Source: Octopus bimaculoides (lineage: Eukaryota). From it: a stretch of 33,761 nucleotides of DNA. The notes beneath the pieces are model-generated. The model had not been told where the DNA came from. It searched no databases and saw nothing but the letters and a program-made list of their open reading frames with translations. Numbering within the stretch: the stretch's first letter is position 1; every line of letters begins with the position of its first letter. The translations under genes and the position numbers were made by a program. The DNA is taken from assembly GCF_001194135.2 (NCBI RefSeq), contig NC_068986.1, positions 92,417,740-92,451,500 of the forward strand, given 5' to 3'. Shown one piece after another: positions 1 to 11,539 of this stretch.

Positions 1-30
<30 letters not shown>
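1..30. repeat. (TA)n microsatellite
   Basis: Direct reading. Confidence 0.99.
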
Positions 31-34
<4 letters not shown>

Positions 35-300
35 ATAAGGTCTGCAAATCTAACGGAGGCCTCAAAAGACATCTGTGCCACAAAGATCGGAACTTAATCG
101 CAGCTCTTCGTGATCCAAATCGGATATGCAATCTCTGTGGGTGTCTTTTCAATACATTGTCTGGTTTAAAAAGCCACATCAAACGCCATGATAGCTCTAA
201 CGTGTAGGTACAGGAGGTGGTCAGACTCTATATAAGGAGTAGACAACCACCATATGTATATATATAAGGAGTAGACAACCACCATATGTATATATATATA
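31..300 (+). mobile_element. 3' end of a 5'-truncated LINE (RTE-like): ORF2 C-terminal C2H2 zinc finger(s), stop codon and 3'UTR
   Basis: Frame 31-207 reads CHKVCKSNGGLKRHLCHKDRNLIAALRDPNRICNLCGCLFNTLSGLKSHIKRHDSSNV*. CNLCGCLFNTLSGLKSHIKRH (127-189) is a canonical C-x2-C-x3-F-x5-L-x2-H-x3-H finger. It is followed by a short UTR with a stem-loop, a 32-bp duplicated tail and (TA)n. The RTE assignment is inferred from C-terminal C2H2 fingers known in that clade. Confidence 0.7.
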
Positions 301-336
301 TTTATACCTGTGTGTGTATGTATGCATGTATGTACG

Positions 337-368
<32 letters not shown>

Positions 369-2244
369 AAGATAGGTAGCTAGCTAGAGAGAAAGAGCGA
401 AAGGTAGAGAGAGAAAGAGGGAGCGAGGGAGAGAAAGGGAGAGAAAGTCTGCATAGTATTCTATTTTCAAAAGTTTGTGATTCTGGTGCAAGACCCAACA
501 CTTCTAAGAAACCCCACCCACTCTCGGAGTTCAGTGGGTAGTCAGTCCATTCTTCTTCATCCCCACTGATCATTCCCTCCCCAATTCATCAAGTTCATCA
601 CCACCTCTATTTTATTTCAAAACAATGTTAACAGAACTTAAATCTAAACGAAAACAAATGAGAATCTTTTCTCCAGTAAGAAATCCTTACAAGACATCAA
701 ACAACACTGACTAAAAAAGAATTAGAAAATAAGAGAAAGACGAAACAAAAATTGATCAAAGCAGACGATAGTTTTTTTTGTGCAACAAAAGGAAGATAAC
801 TAGTCGTTATCTGACGTGATATTTATTCAAATTTTCTTGATTGTATATTATAATGTCTTATCTTCTATTGTTATCATTTATTTCCGCTATTTTGAACCCA
901 GTTGAACTTCTGTAGAGTATATATATTTTTTCTAGATTATTGTATTTTTCTCTTTCTTTGTTTCAAAATGAGACACTGTCCTCAGTACTACATAAAATTG
1001 ATTGGTTTCGGTTACTTTTCAGTATATGATACGTTTATGTGTACGAATAATTTGATGTGTGTGTGTCTGTGTCTGTGTCTGTATGTTTGTCTGTGTCTGT
1101 GTGTGTGGTTGTATCTACGTCTATGTGTGTTCTTGCATTTAACTGATTGCATATGTGTGATAATGTCTGTATAGGCATGCATGCGTGCTTGTGTGGTTGA
1201 GTGCGTAGTTATGTGTGTACATGTGTGCCTGTATGTGTGTGTGTGCATGTTTGCTTATAAGCATATATGTATGTTTGACTGTTGTTACGAGGCTTATTTA
1301 TTATGTGTTTATAGTGACTGTGCGCTTGTAAAGTTTATTAGTATGTATACGCACTTATGTACGTGAATGTGTGTGCGTTCCTGTGTGGTCCTACATATTG
1401 TACGTAAAGCCAGTAACGTGAAATGACAGTATACTAACGGTGAAACGTGTCTCTAGCTTGGTTTCCATTCTTAGTTGGAACAATGTCTTTTATAATGTGT
1501 GGAACAATATCACTTATAATCCATAAGTTATAGCGGCGTCTTTAAACTAGACACAAATACAGAATTTTATTTTCCGAGACGGGAAATGTGAAACGTGATC
1601 TTCACGCTTATCGCCAGAGCATTCATTTACTCTAAAAATTATGGCAAAGATAATTCCTTCTAACCGGAAATCGAAATTAACTGTTGTACAATTTCATTTT
1701 ACTGGGAGAGTATTTTTAATTTATGGCCAACATAACAATTGCGTCAGATAATGAAGTATCTCGTCTCGGTTTCGTCCATGCAATGTGTACATCGCCAAGT
1801 CTTCTGCAGAAATTTGTGCATGTAGTCCTCAGATAAGATGATAAAAGGGCTGTTTATTTGAATTATAGATGTTCCATCGGATAGGATTTACTCGCTTTGG
1901 ATGTACCGGGATACGAAATTTTTTTCCCATGAGAGTTCCGGACCCCAGTAATGAACTCATTTGCATACAGCCAATCAAAGCTTGTTGTCAAGGTTACGCC
2001 TGATTTTAAAAGGAAACAAGTAATTAGATAGATTGGCATCTATACCTATTATCGGATTTTGTTAGGGCCCCATATGGTAAAGATGTGGTTGGGAAAAATG
2101 TGGGTAAAGGGTGAGGTGCTAGCAACCCTCTCCACTAAACTGTGTTACAAAGTAAACAACAACACCAATAACTACGCAGAGGCAGCCATGGTTGAAACAA
2201 AAACAACAAGCATTATTAAAAGAAAATAAGTATGGTCATTCCTT

Positions 2245-2367
2245 ACCCAACGGAAGGATGAAAGGCAAAGTCGACCTTGGCGGAATTTGAACTCAGAAAG
2301 TAGCGATAGACGAAACAACGGTAAACATTTCGCATGGCGTGCTAACGATTCTGCCAGCTCACCACCT
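2245..2367 (-). mobile_element. tRNA-derived SINE, family A, 5' half
   Basis: Reverse complement GGTGGTGAGCTGGCAGAATCGTTAGCACG...GAGTTCAAATTCCGCCAAGGTCGACTTTGCCTTTCATCC aligns with the copy at 14973-15102. A-box and B-box-like motifs are present. Confidence 0.85.
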
Positions 2368-2415
2368 GTTTTCGCTATACAGAATATAATAATAAAATGA
2401 GATATTATTCTATAT

Positions 2416-2774
2416 GTAGAGCCGATTATGGTGCCCTTGGGTAAACAGAACGTAGAGCCGGCTCTGGTGACCTTGGGTAAACAGAACGTAGAGCCGGCTT
2501 TGGTGACCTTGGGTAAACAGAATGTAGAGCCGGCTCTGGTGACCTTAAATAACTGAATGTTGAGCTGGCTCTAGAGACCTGAGGTAAACAGAATGTAGAG
2601 CCGGCTTTGGTGACCTTGGGTAAACAGAATGTAGAGCCGGCTTTCGTGACCTTGGGTAAACAGAATGTTGAGCCGGCTCTGGTGACTTTGGGTAAACAGA
2701 ATGTAGAGCCGGCTTTCGTGACCTTGGGTAAATAGAATGTAGAGCCGGCTCGGGTGTCCTTGGGTAAACAAAAT
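2416..2774 (+). repeat. 36-bp minisatellite, 10 units (consensus GTAGAGCCGGCTCTGGTGACCTTGGGTAAACAGAAT)
   Basis: Units start at 2416, 2452, 2488, 2524, 2559, 2595, 2631, 2667, 2703 and 2739. Unit 4 is 35 bp. This array explains the 12-aa periodic ORF at 2571-2771. Confidence 0.97.
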
Positions 2775-2872
2775 TTTGACGTTCTTAGAATTTTCTCAAA
2801 TTTTTCAAAAACTGCAGATGTAAAAGTGCAAACACAGCTTCAAAGTTTCAAATCCTTTCATTACTGGAAGGA

Positions 2873-2948
2873 AGAGAGAGAGAGAGAGAAGGAGAGAGAG
2901 AGAGAAGGAGAGAGAGAGAGAGAAGGAGAGAGAGAGAGATAGATAAAT

Positions 2949-3012
<64 letters not shown>
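2873..3012. repeat. (GA)n compound microsatellite
   Basis: Direct reading. Confidence 0.97.
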
Positions 3013-3015
<3 letters not shown>

Positions 3016-3393
3016 AGAAAAAAGAAAGTAGGAAGTGAGAGGGATTGAGAGAGCTCGACACTACCCGAGGAATGTTCACATTTTGTTAGTATTTCGTTTG
3101 GTTTACTATTTTGACATTCCCCCCCTTTGTATTTCAAAGGTCTCAAATTTTTGAATCGTGATCGGTGCGTTTTGAATAGTTATCGGTGCGTTCAGACAGC
3201 CGGCCTTTACTGTGTGGGGTCAAAATGCACGCTGAAGGAAGTGCAATACAGGGGGGTTTGGTGAATACGATAAAGTGCAGGACGTCGGGTGAAATTTCAA
3301 CGGATATTTAGTTACAGGTATTTTACGTTCTGAATTGAAATATCTGCGCACGTGTATATGTGTATGATTGTGTGTGTTATTTCTTTTTTTTCT

Positions 3394-3505
3394 TCTTTAC
3401 TACCCACAAGGGGCTAAACACAGAGGGGACAAACAAAGACAGACAAACGGATTAAGTCGATTATATCGACCCCAGTGCGTAACTGGTACTTATTTAATCG
3501 ACCCC
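3394..3505 (-). mobile_element. SINE family A, 3' half
   Basis: Reverse complement GGGGTCGATTAAATAAGTACCAGTTACGCACTGGGGTCGATATAATCGACTTAATCCG...GTGGGTAGTAAAGAA begins with the GGGGTCGAT(A/T)AA sequence at which the 14973 copy ends. The rest is recognised as the family's 3' part from memory. Confidence 0.7.
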
Positions 3506-3595
3506 GTTTGCATGTATGAATGTGTGTTTATCTACATGCATGAGTGCGCGCGTGTGTGTGTGCTTAGGTCAGCCCACGATATCCAGAACTTGAAA

Positions 3596-3785
3596 GTCAA
3601 CTGAGTTCAAGTTAATCCATGATCAAAAGACATTGTAGCAATGACAATCTTCTCTTGGGATATCTAGGAGTACATTATCCAATGTGTCCTTCCATTTTTA
3701 AAGTTGTTGGGACATGTTTTGAGGGCGATTTGGCTGCTAATTTAAGCAAGTCGAGTAACCACATACTGGCTTCCTTGTTAAGTTC
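3596..3785 (+). mobile_element. Old dispersed repeat, family C
   Basis: Shares TACATTATCCAATGTGTCCTTCC and GATTTGGCTGCTA(A/T)TT...GCAAGTC motifs with 4815-4978 (opposite strand), 17148-17210 and 28212-28440. Confidence 0.55.
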
Positions 3786-4814
3786 TTTGCTTATCTGTTT
3801 ATTTATGTTATATTTGAATGTGTTTAGTATATGTGTGTGTGTGTGGGTGCAAGTGAATGTGTATATGTGTGTGTAAGAGAAAGAGAGAGAGAGAGTGGGG
3901 AGAGAAAGAAATAATGAAAGAAAGAAAGAGAGGGAGAGAGAGAGAGAGAGTTTCTCTGTGTGTATACATGTATATTAATCGGCATGAACGTATGCATATA
4001 TATGAATGTGCGTTTGTGTAAATTCACCGTGCGCGTGTGCGAATATGTGAGTGTACGTGTTAGGGTCCTTTTGCGAACGTATACACACACACACACATAC
4101 ACACACACACACATAAATTTACACACATATACGTCAGTACACACACACACACACACATACACATATATATATATGGGGGATGAAATGGGAGAGGGAGAGT
4201 GTGTGCGGGGGTAAGGCGCCAATAGGATACATCTAATGTCAACATTAAATGCGATGACCATGGGCGTTTTGAGATGGCTTGCCTAATTTCCGCTCATTAC
4301 ATGTTAATTTTTAGTATAACACCAAAAGATACCCTTTAATATCACAATGCAAACACACACACGCACACACACACACACACATACGCACACATACACACAC
4401 ACACACACGCACACATACACAAAAGCAGCACCCCACTACTACCACCACCACTTCAACCATCACAACCACTACCACTTCTGTAAGCACCACACAAGCTAAG
4501 GTCTTTTAGGACTCACTAGTGACATACAAAAACTCACGAATATACCGATCGCACTCACTTCTTGCAAAACATACCACGCAACAACTACATGACCACCCAC
4601 AAATAAAACGTAACTATGGTATGTGTGTGTGTGTGTATCTGTGTGTGTGTGTGTACCTACATATTTGCAAACATGCATACATATATACATATATGAAATA
4701 CGTATATACATATATGAAATACGTATATACATATTCATACATACACATACAACTAGTTATCTATCTTTATATGCAATTATACACGTTGTGCATTTCTCTC
4801 TCTTCATATTTCTC

Positions 4815-4978
4815 GGTGGCCGTTTGACTTGCTAGAAATACATGCAACATCACTTCCAAATAATACCATGCAGTCTTAAAATATGGAAGACGAATTGGAT
4901 AATATTAGATTCATTGCTTGAATATAATACAGAATGGCTATGATTTCTTTGACAGTTGTTGATCTGGGGGCTGAGTAA
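4815..4978 (-). mobile_element. Old dispersed repeat, family C (opposite orientation)
   Basis: GTTTGACTTGCTAGAAATA...ATTGGATAATATTAG is the reverse complement of motifs in 3596-3785. Confidence 0.5.
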
Positions 4979-5445
4979 AAGCATCACGCACCTCCATGAT
5001 ACCGTTGTTTAACAATAACATTTTCAATAACCAACATTGTCCACGTATACACATATAAATAGATACAAATCCGTAATTTTTAGCAAATGCAAGCACATGG
5101 AAAGGTTTCGTTTGTCGAACTGGAGCACACCGCCCGCTCCAGATTGAGTTGCTGTCTCACACACTTTGACCTCCTTTCTCTTATATTATTTTGTACCAGC
5201 TACATTCATTGCTGTTCCTACAGTCAAAGAGGGCGAAAATCTTGGTTTTCTTACTTTTCTTCTCATTCGTTTTTTTTTTTAATTCAACCTTCTCGTTTTT
5301 GAATACATCTATCATATGAACAGAGCGTGAAAGATTGGTTGGAGGTGCATGCCATGTTATATAGATCTGCCAATTAAATGTGTCTTAAAGCATGAAATTA
5401 TTATTGTCTTTTTTGTAACTGAGTGTTATATATATATATATATAT

Positions 5446-5664
5446 ACTCTCTTTTACTCTTTACTCTTTTACTTGTTTCAGTCATTTGACTGCTGCCATG
5501 CTAGAGCACCACCTTTAGTCGAGCAAATCAACCCCAGGACTTATTCTTTGTAAGCCTAGTACTTATTCTATCGATCTCTTTTTCCCGAACTGCTAAGTTA
5601 CGGGGACGTAAACATACCAGCATTGGTTGTCAAGCGACGTTGGGGGGACAAACACAGACAAACA

Positions 5665-5696
<32 letters not shown>
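5446..5696 (-). mobile_element. SINE family B, 3' half with (AAAAGAGT)-like tail and internal (CA)n running into a gap
   Basis: Near-identical to 25191-25410 and homologous to 14196-14597 and 19561-19966. Confidence 0.92.
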
Positions 5697-6100
5697 NNNN
5701 NNNNNNNNNNNNNNNNNNNNNNNNNNNNNNNNNNNNNNNNNNNNNNNNNNNNNNNNNNNNNNNNNNNNNNNNNNNNNNNNNNNNNNNNNNNNNNNNNNNN
5801 NNNNNNNNNNNNNNNNNNNNNNNNNNNNNNNNNNNNNNNNNNNNNNNNNNNNNNNNNNNNNNNNNNNNNNNNNNNNNNNNNNNNNNNNNNNNNNNNNNNN
5901 NNNNNNNNNNNNNNNNNNNNNNNNNNNNNNNNNNNNNNNNNNNNNNNNNNNNNNNNNNNNNNNNNNNNNNNNNNNNNNNNNNNNNNNNNNNNNNNNNNNN
6001 NNNNNNNNNNNNNNNNNNNNNNNNNNNNNNNNNNNNNNNNNNNNNNNNNNNNNNNNNNNNNNNNNNNNNNNNNNNNNNNNNNNNNNNNNNNNNNNNNNNN
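5697..6100. other. Assembly gap (N)
   Basis: N run flanked by (CA)n and (ATGT)n. Confidence 0.99.
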
Positions 6101-6216
6101 ATGTATGTATGTATGTATGTATGTATGTATGTATGTATGTATGTATGTATGTATGCATGCATGCATGCATGCATGTATGTATGTATGTATGTATGTATGT
6201 ATGTATGTATGTATGT
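6101..6216. repeat. (ATGT)n microsatellite with (ATGC) interruption
   Basis: Direct reading. Confidence 0.97.
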
Positions 6217-7003
6217 ATTTAAATGTGTGTGTAGATTGCGGAACTGAAAGCTTAATTATATCAATAAACATCAATACATTTTCTAACCATCGTGCCATCT
6301 GCTTAGAGCAATGATCTCTACCTACTACTGATAATAGCAAATGAAATCACTCAGTTATACTTGTTCAGTAATGTAGCCCCTTTAAATTCTCTCCCTGCAA
6401 ACTTTTTCCGACACAGGCGTCGACTATGAAATACCCAACTAAAGATATCGGATTTACTGCAACAGAGCCGTGAAAGGCTGGTAGCAAGTATGATTAGCAA
6501 TATTTGAACGTGTCTAAGATAAATCTGAGGAATTTAAGATAATTATATATGGTGGAAGTAAATGTAAATTATAAAAAGTGCTGAAAAGAAGAGGAAATTA
6601 AGATAAAATCTGGTGGGTTTTATGATACAAGATTAGTATTGTCAAACGCCCAGTCTTTTGGGATTTTCAGACTTGAGATAAAAAAAAATATTGACATTTC
6701 AGAAATCAGGTAAACATTTAAGAGTATTTTAAATTTCCTCTCTTTCTATATATCCCGCTTCTCTTCTTTTTCTCTTCCTCTCTTTGTTTCTATCTCTCAC
6801 GCACACGTTCTCTTATGTATTATTCCATTTACTCGCACACACTCTACACACACTTTTTGACATTTTAAAATGCTGTTCTTTCAACTTATTGAGGATGAAA
6901 ATGTAATTACAAATGCAAACAAAATATATTTATACACTTCAAATGTAAATATATTTATATACAAAAAAATAAAGCCGTAGTTTTTTTTATCAATTAAAGG
7001 CAC

Positions 7004-7180
7004 ACTAAAGCAGCGATGATTAAAATAAAGCTGTGTTCATTTGTTTTTAACACGTTGGTGTAGACTCAAATGTTGAAAGACCTTTGCTACTGTAATTGCT
7101 TGGGAAGAAAATTTTTTTTATAGACAATGTGCTTGAAAACATACATCTGGACTATGGATGAGGTCATCAAACTGCAGCAC
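7004..7180 (+). repeat. Copy 1 of an old ~175-bp direct duplication
   Basis: Aligns by eye with 7341-7512 (CTAA(A)GCAGC.ATGATTAAAATA, GAAAGACCTT.GCTAC.GTAA, TGAAAACA, GTCATCA..CTGCAG). Confidence 0.75.
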
Positions 7181-7240
7181 GTATTTCAGCGTCGTTGCAC
7201 ATCATCAGCTGCGGATGCCAAATCCATTATTCATAGTCCA
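7148..7240 (-). ncRNA. Degenerate type I hammerhead-like motif with extended helix I
   Basis: Minus strand GCAG-CTGATGA(7208-7202)-T-GTG-CAACGA-CGC-T-GAAA(7187-7184)-TACG-T-G-CTGC, enclosed by TGGACTATGAAT/ATCCATAGTCCA (11 of 12 pairs). Position 17 is G, which is non-cleavable in canonical hammerheads. Confidence 0.35.
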
Positions 7241-7340
7241 CTAAGAACTGCTGTTCTTACTTGTAAACAGTAACTATAAATTTGCTGGAGTGTGCAAGCG
7301 TTCTAAAGCTGGAATCAATTAATTAATTAATTAACGGTAT

Positions 7341-7512
7341 ACTAAGCAGCTATGATTAAAATATAGTTTTGTATTTAATACGTTCGTATACATTCAGATG
7401 TAGAAAGACCTTCGCTACGGTAACTGTTCGTCAAGAGAAATTCTCCGTATATACCTATGTATGTGAAAACACGCCAAGATGGGTTATGAATGGTGTCATC
7501 AGTCTGCAGGAC
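7341..7512 (+). repeat. Copy 2 of the ~175-bp direct duplication
   Basis: See 7004-7180. Confidence 0.75.
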
Positions 7513-8509
7513 ACGTGTTTCTCCATCCTTACATTTCATTGACTACAGACATCTTCAAGGCACACATATATCAAATAGGGAGCAGCTTTACTCCCCTACA
7601 CCTAATCAACTTTCTCATTACAAAGAAAGTTGAAAAGATGTTTTTGAAGATTGTGCATTTCTGATGTTCACTGCATAAAAATCCTTGCAAAAAAAAATGC
7701 TGTTTTTTACTAAAGCCAATCACTTCTACATTAGCAAGATCTTATGCGTCTTCATAAACAGTTCTATTTCTCACACTTTACTGGTGAAGTAATTTTGTGC
7801 AAAATCAAGCGTTTTAATCAGTAAGGATCTAGAAGTAGAAGGATAAAAGCTACACTATCGGACTGGGTAAACTTAGCACAGGCAGTCCAATGAAATGTCT
7901 TTCGGTAGCTGCTTCAGCTTTGCTTGTTCTGAATTCAAACCATGCTTTTTGTTAATGGGGGAAAAAATTACGAGCTTAGGGACTTCAGTAAAAACTTTGA
8001 TAGGTGTAAGAAGTTCTTAAGCAAATATCCAAGGTTTTACGCTGGCCATTCTTCAATACCTACACACCAGATGCCAGGAAAGAATACCGAATGCCTTGTG
8101 CTCTCGATGACAAACAGCTAACAAACGATATATATGCAATAACGTACTAACACATACACTCACACACAGACACATCCACATGTAAATACAAATCGCTCTC
8201 TCTCTCTCTAGTTTTATATATATATATATACATATTATATATATATATATATATTGCTCACTTATATTCTACTTCCTCCCCTTCTTCTCCCTCTGCTACT
8301 CTTTCTCCCTACCCCTCGCTGGTCACGTGTGTCCGGTTGCTATTTCTTTTCGGTCTTGGACTCCCCAAGCTTCGCACGCACTTCTTCGCCTCTCCAGTTT
8401 GTGCTTCACAGCGTTCAATACACACACACTTCTCCACGTCTGGCTGTACAGCCTTTTTGTTTGTTTATTTCACCGTTTCGTTTTCCTGTCTTGTTTTCCG
8501 TCCGCCACT

Positions 8510-9305
8510 NNNNNNNNNNNNNNNNNNNNNNNNNNNNNNNNNNNNNNNNNNNNNNNNNNNNNNNNNNNNNNNNNNNNNNNNNNNNNNNNNNNNNNNNNNN
8601 NNNNNNNNNNNNNNNNNNNNNNNNNNNNNNNNNNNNNNNNNNNNNNNNNNNNNNNNNNNNNNNNNNNNNNNNNNNNNNNNNNNNNNNNNNNNNNNNNNNN
8701 NNNNNNNNNNNNNNNNNNNNNNNNNNNNNNNNNNNNNNNNNNNNNNNNNNNNNNNNNNNNNNNNNNNNNNNNNNNNNNNNNNNNNNNNNNNNNNNNNNNN
8801 NNNNNNNNNNNNNNNNNNNNNNNNNNNNNNNNNNNNNNNNNNNNNNNNNNNNNNNNNNNNNNNNNNNNNNNNNNNNNNNNNNNNNNNNNNNNNNNNNNNN
8901 NNNNNNNNNNNNNNNNNNNNNNNNNNNNNNNNNNNNNNNNNNNNNNNNNNNNNNNNNNNNNNNNNNNNNNNNNNNNNNNNNNNNNNNNNNNNNNNNNNNN
9001 NNNNNNNNNNNNNNNNNNNNNNNNNNNNNNNNNNNNNNNNNNNNNNNNNNNNNNNNNNNNNNNNNNNNNNNNNNNNNNNNNNNNNNNNNNNNNNNNNNNN
9101 NNNNNNNNNNNNNNNNNNNNNNNNNNNNNNNNNNNNNNNNNNNNNNNNNNNNNNNNNNNNNNNNNNNNNNNNNNNNNNNNNNNNNNNNNNNNNNNNNNNN
9201 NNNNNNNNNNNNNNNNNNNNNNNNNNNNNNNNNNNNNNNNNNNNNNNNNNNNNNNNNNNNNNNNNNNNNNNNNNNNNNNNNNNNNNNNNNNNNNNNNNNN
9301 NNNNN
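8510..9305. other. Assembly gap (N)
   Basis: N run. Confidence 0.99.
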
Positions 9306-10068
9306 ATATATGCACGTACATGCGCGAGCAGTAAAAAACATACACACGTTAACATCACTTAAAACTGAGCGACCACCCCTTTACCAACGCCACTATAAAA
9401 CAATGGCATCACAACACATGCACTTAGTTTCCAAACCGTAAACACTTTCATTGTGAACCCGATTCCCCAATTAAATACGCAGCAAGAGATGAAACACTTC
9501 CACATGTGTCTACATTAAACAGCCATTCACCACTTCCCCCGCTACTGCCACCTTTTTTTCTGCATTTTGGATTTTAATTGTCCTGAAATTTGTAATCTTC
9601 TTAAAATATTTGCAACCAGCCACAAATTTAGTTAATTTCTTGGACGCGTACACACGCACACGTACATCCAACATACGCACTCGCACGCGCGCGTGCGCAC
9701 ATACATACACACATACACACATACACACATGCACATCTAACATACATATAAACACACAGACATATATGTATATATATATGAATGTCTATGTGTAAGCGTG
9801 AAAATAAACGCACTTCATTGTATTGCTTAAGTATATGCACTTCAATATATTGCTTAATGCACTTAGAATGCATTTTTGAATATACGCATACATGCATAAA
9901 TGCCTATATACATATATATGTACATACATATATATATATATATATTGTATGTACACACATATATATATATAACCTATATATTTACGCCTATGTATATAAA
10001 AATATACCTTTTATCCCTTCATATATATATGTACATACGCACTTCCGTATATATATATATATATATAT

Positions 10069-10478
10069 NNNNNNNNNNNNNNNNNNNNNNNNNNNNNNNN
10101 NNNNNNNNNNNNNNNNNNNNNNNNNNNNNNNNNNNNNNNNNNNNNNNNNNNNNNNNNNNNNNNNNNNNNNNNNNNNNNNNNNNNNNNNNNNNNNNNNNNN
10201 NNNNNNNNNNNNNNNNNNNNNNNNNNNNNNNNNNNNNNNNNNNNNNNNNNNNNNNNNNNNNNNNNNNNNNNNNNNNNNNNNNNNNNNNNNNNNNNNNNNN
10301 NNNNNNNNNNNNNNNNNNNNNNNNNNNNNNNNNNNNNNNNNNNNNNNNNNNNNNNNNNNNNNNNNNNNNNNNNNNNNNNNNNNNNNNNNNNNNNNNNNNN
10401 NNNNNNNNNNNNNNNNNNNNNNNNNNNNNNNNNNNNNNNNNNNNNNNNNNNNNNNNNNNNNNNNNNNNNNNNNNNNNN
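10069..10478. other. Assembly gap (N)
   Basis: N run after (TA)n. Confidence 0.99.
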
Positions 10479-10767
10479 GCAAATGCTACAATCAAGACAA
10501 TTTCATTAAAACAGCATGGCAGAACACAATTTTCTCACCATTCTGATCTCATTTCCCACAATTACAAAGAATTACACAAACGCATTCCCTGAACATCTCT
10601 CAAAACATACACACACAATTATATGCTCATACACCAGCGCATATAATTACATGCTCATTTGTATACGTACGCTCACGCTATAAATAAAAGTACATGCTTA
10701 AATAAAAATGCATACGCGTAATCAAAAAAAGCATGTACGTGAATACGTATGTGTGCATGCAAGCTCG

Positions 10768-10830
<63 letters not shown>
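10768..10830. repeat. (TATC)n microsatellite
   Basis: Direct reading. Confidence 0.98.
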
Positions 10831-11278
10831 GTGCTCGTTTGTATACATGCATATAGATATGTATGTACATACACAGAAACACACACTCACACATACACAC
10901 ATCTATTATATATAATGCATGCGTGTGTGTGTGTTTGTATGTACGCATGTTTCTCAAGTATTTTCTTGCAAACTAATTGTTTCAAATATATAGCGATTCT
11001 TACATATATAAGCACTCACACGCCTATAACATCACATATTCATATACTCACATATATATGCACACATGCGCGCGCACACGCATACACACATACTTACATA
11101 CACACGCGTGCGCATGCCACACAACTTGCAAGAAAGAGAAAAAGAGGCGGACTCGAAATGGTAAAGCTTTCAATGAATCACATGAAGAGATGGAGAAGAG
11201 TAAGACACAGAGCTTGAGCACTGTGGTGAAAGCGGAGAAGCAGATAATAGCTTCAGACAAAAGAAATATATGAACTTA

Positions 11279-11389
11279 TATGTATGTATGTCATTATTCA
11301 GTGTTATTTCAAGATTTCTTGCCAATAGAAAAAGAACCGGTTTCTAACCAAGATCCAAGGCTCCTTCTTTAGAATTTCAACATCAACAA
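11279..11389 (-). mobile_element. Short retroposon 3' end with (ACAT)n tail, family E, copy 1
   Basis: Roughly 90% identical by eye to 12572-12690. The minus strand ends ...GAAATAACACTGAATAATGACATACATACA. Confidence 0.7.
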
Positions 11390-11390
11390 G

Positions 11391-11464
11391 GTATGTATGT
11401 ATGTATGTATGTATGTATGTATGTATGTATGTAGGTATGTATGTATGTATGTATGTATGTATGT
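11391..11464. repeat. (ATGT)n microsatellite
   Basis: Direct reading. Confidence 0.97.
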
Positions 11465-11468
11465 AGGT

Positions 11469-11539
11469 GGAGGCGCAATGACCCAGTGGTTAGGGCAGTG
11501 GACTCGCGGTCATAGGATCGCGGTTTCGATTCTCAGACC
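11469..11539 (+). mobile_element. Isolated tRNA-like head of SINE family D
   Basis: GGAGGCGCAATGACCCAGTGGTTAGGGCAGTGGACTCGCGGTCATAGGATCGCGGTTTCGATTCTCAGAC is near-identical to 11769-11838. Homology stops after the B box. Confidence 0.9.

Noticed and set aside
958-990. Minus-strand CTGAGGA...GAAA hammerhead-like match
   Set aside because: No UH cleavage site and no helix I or III pairing.
2416-2774. CRISPR-like array (36-bp palindromic repeat)
   Set aside because: Units are contiguous with no unique spacers, there are no cas genes, and the context is eukaryotic.
5119-5143. 7-bp GC-rich hairpin CTGGAGC/GCTCCAG (Helitron 3' end or terminator)
   Set aside because: No CTRR terminus or U-tract follows. 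Short stems are expected by chance.
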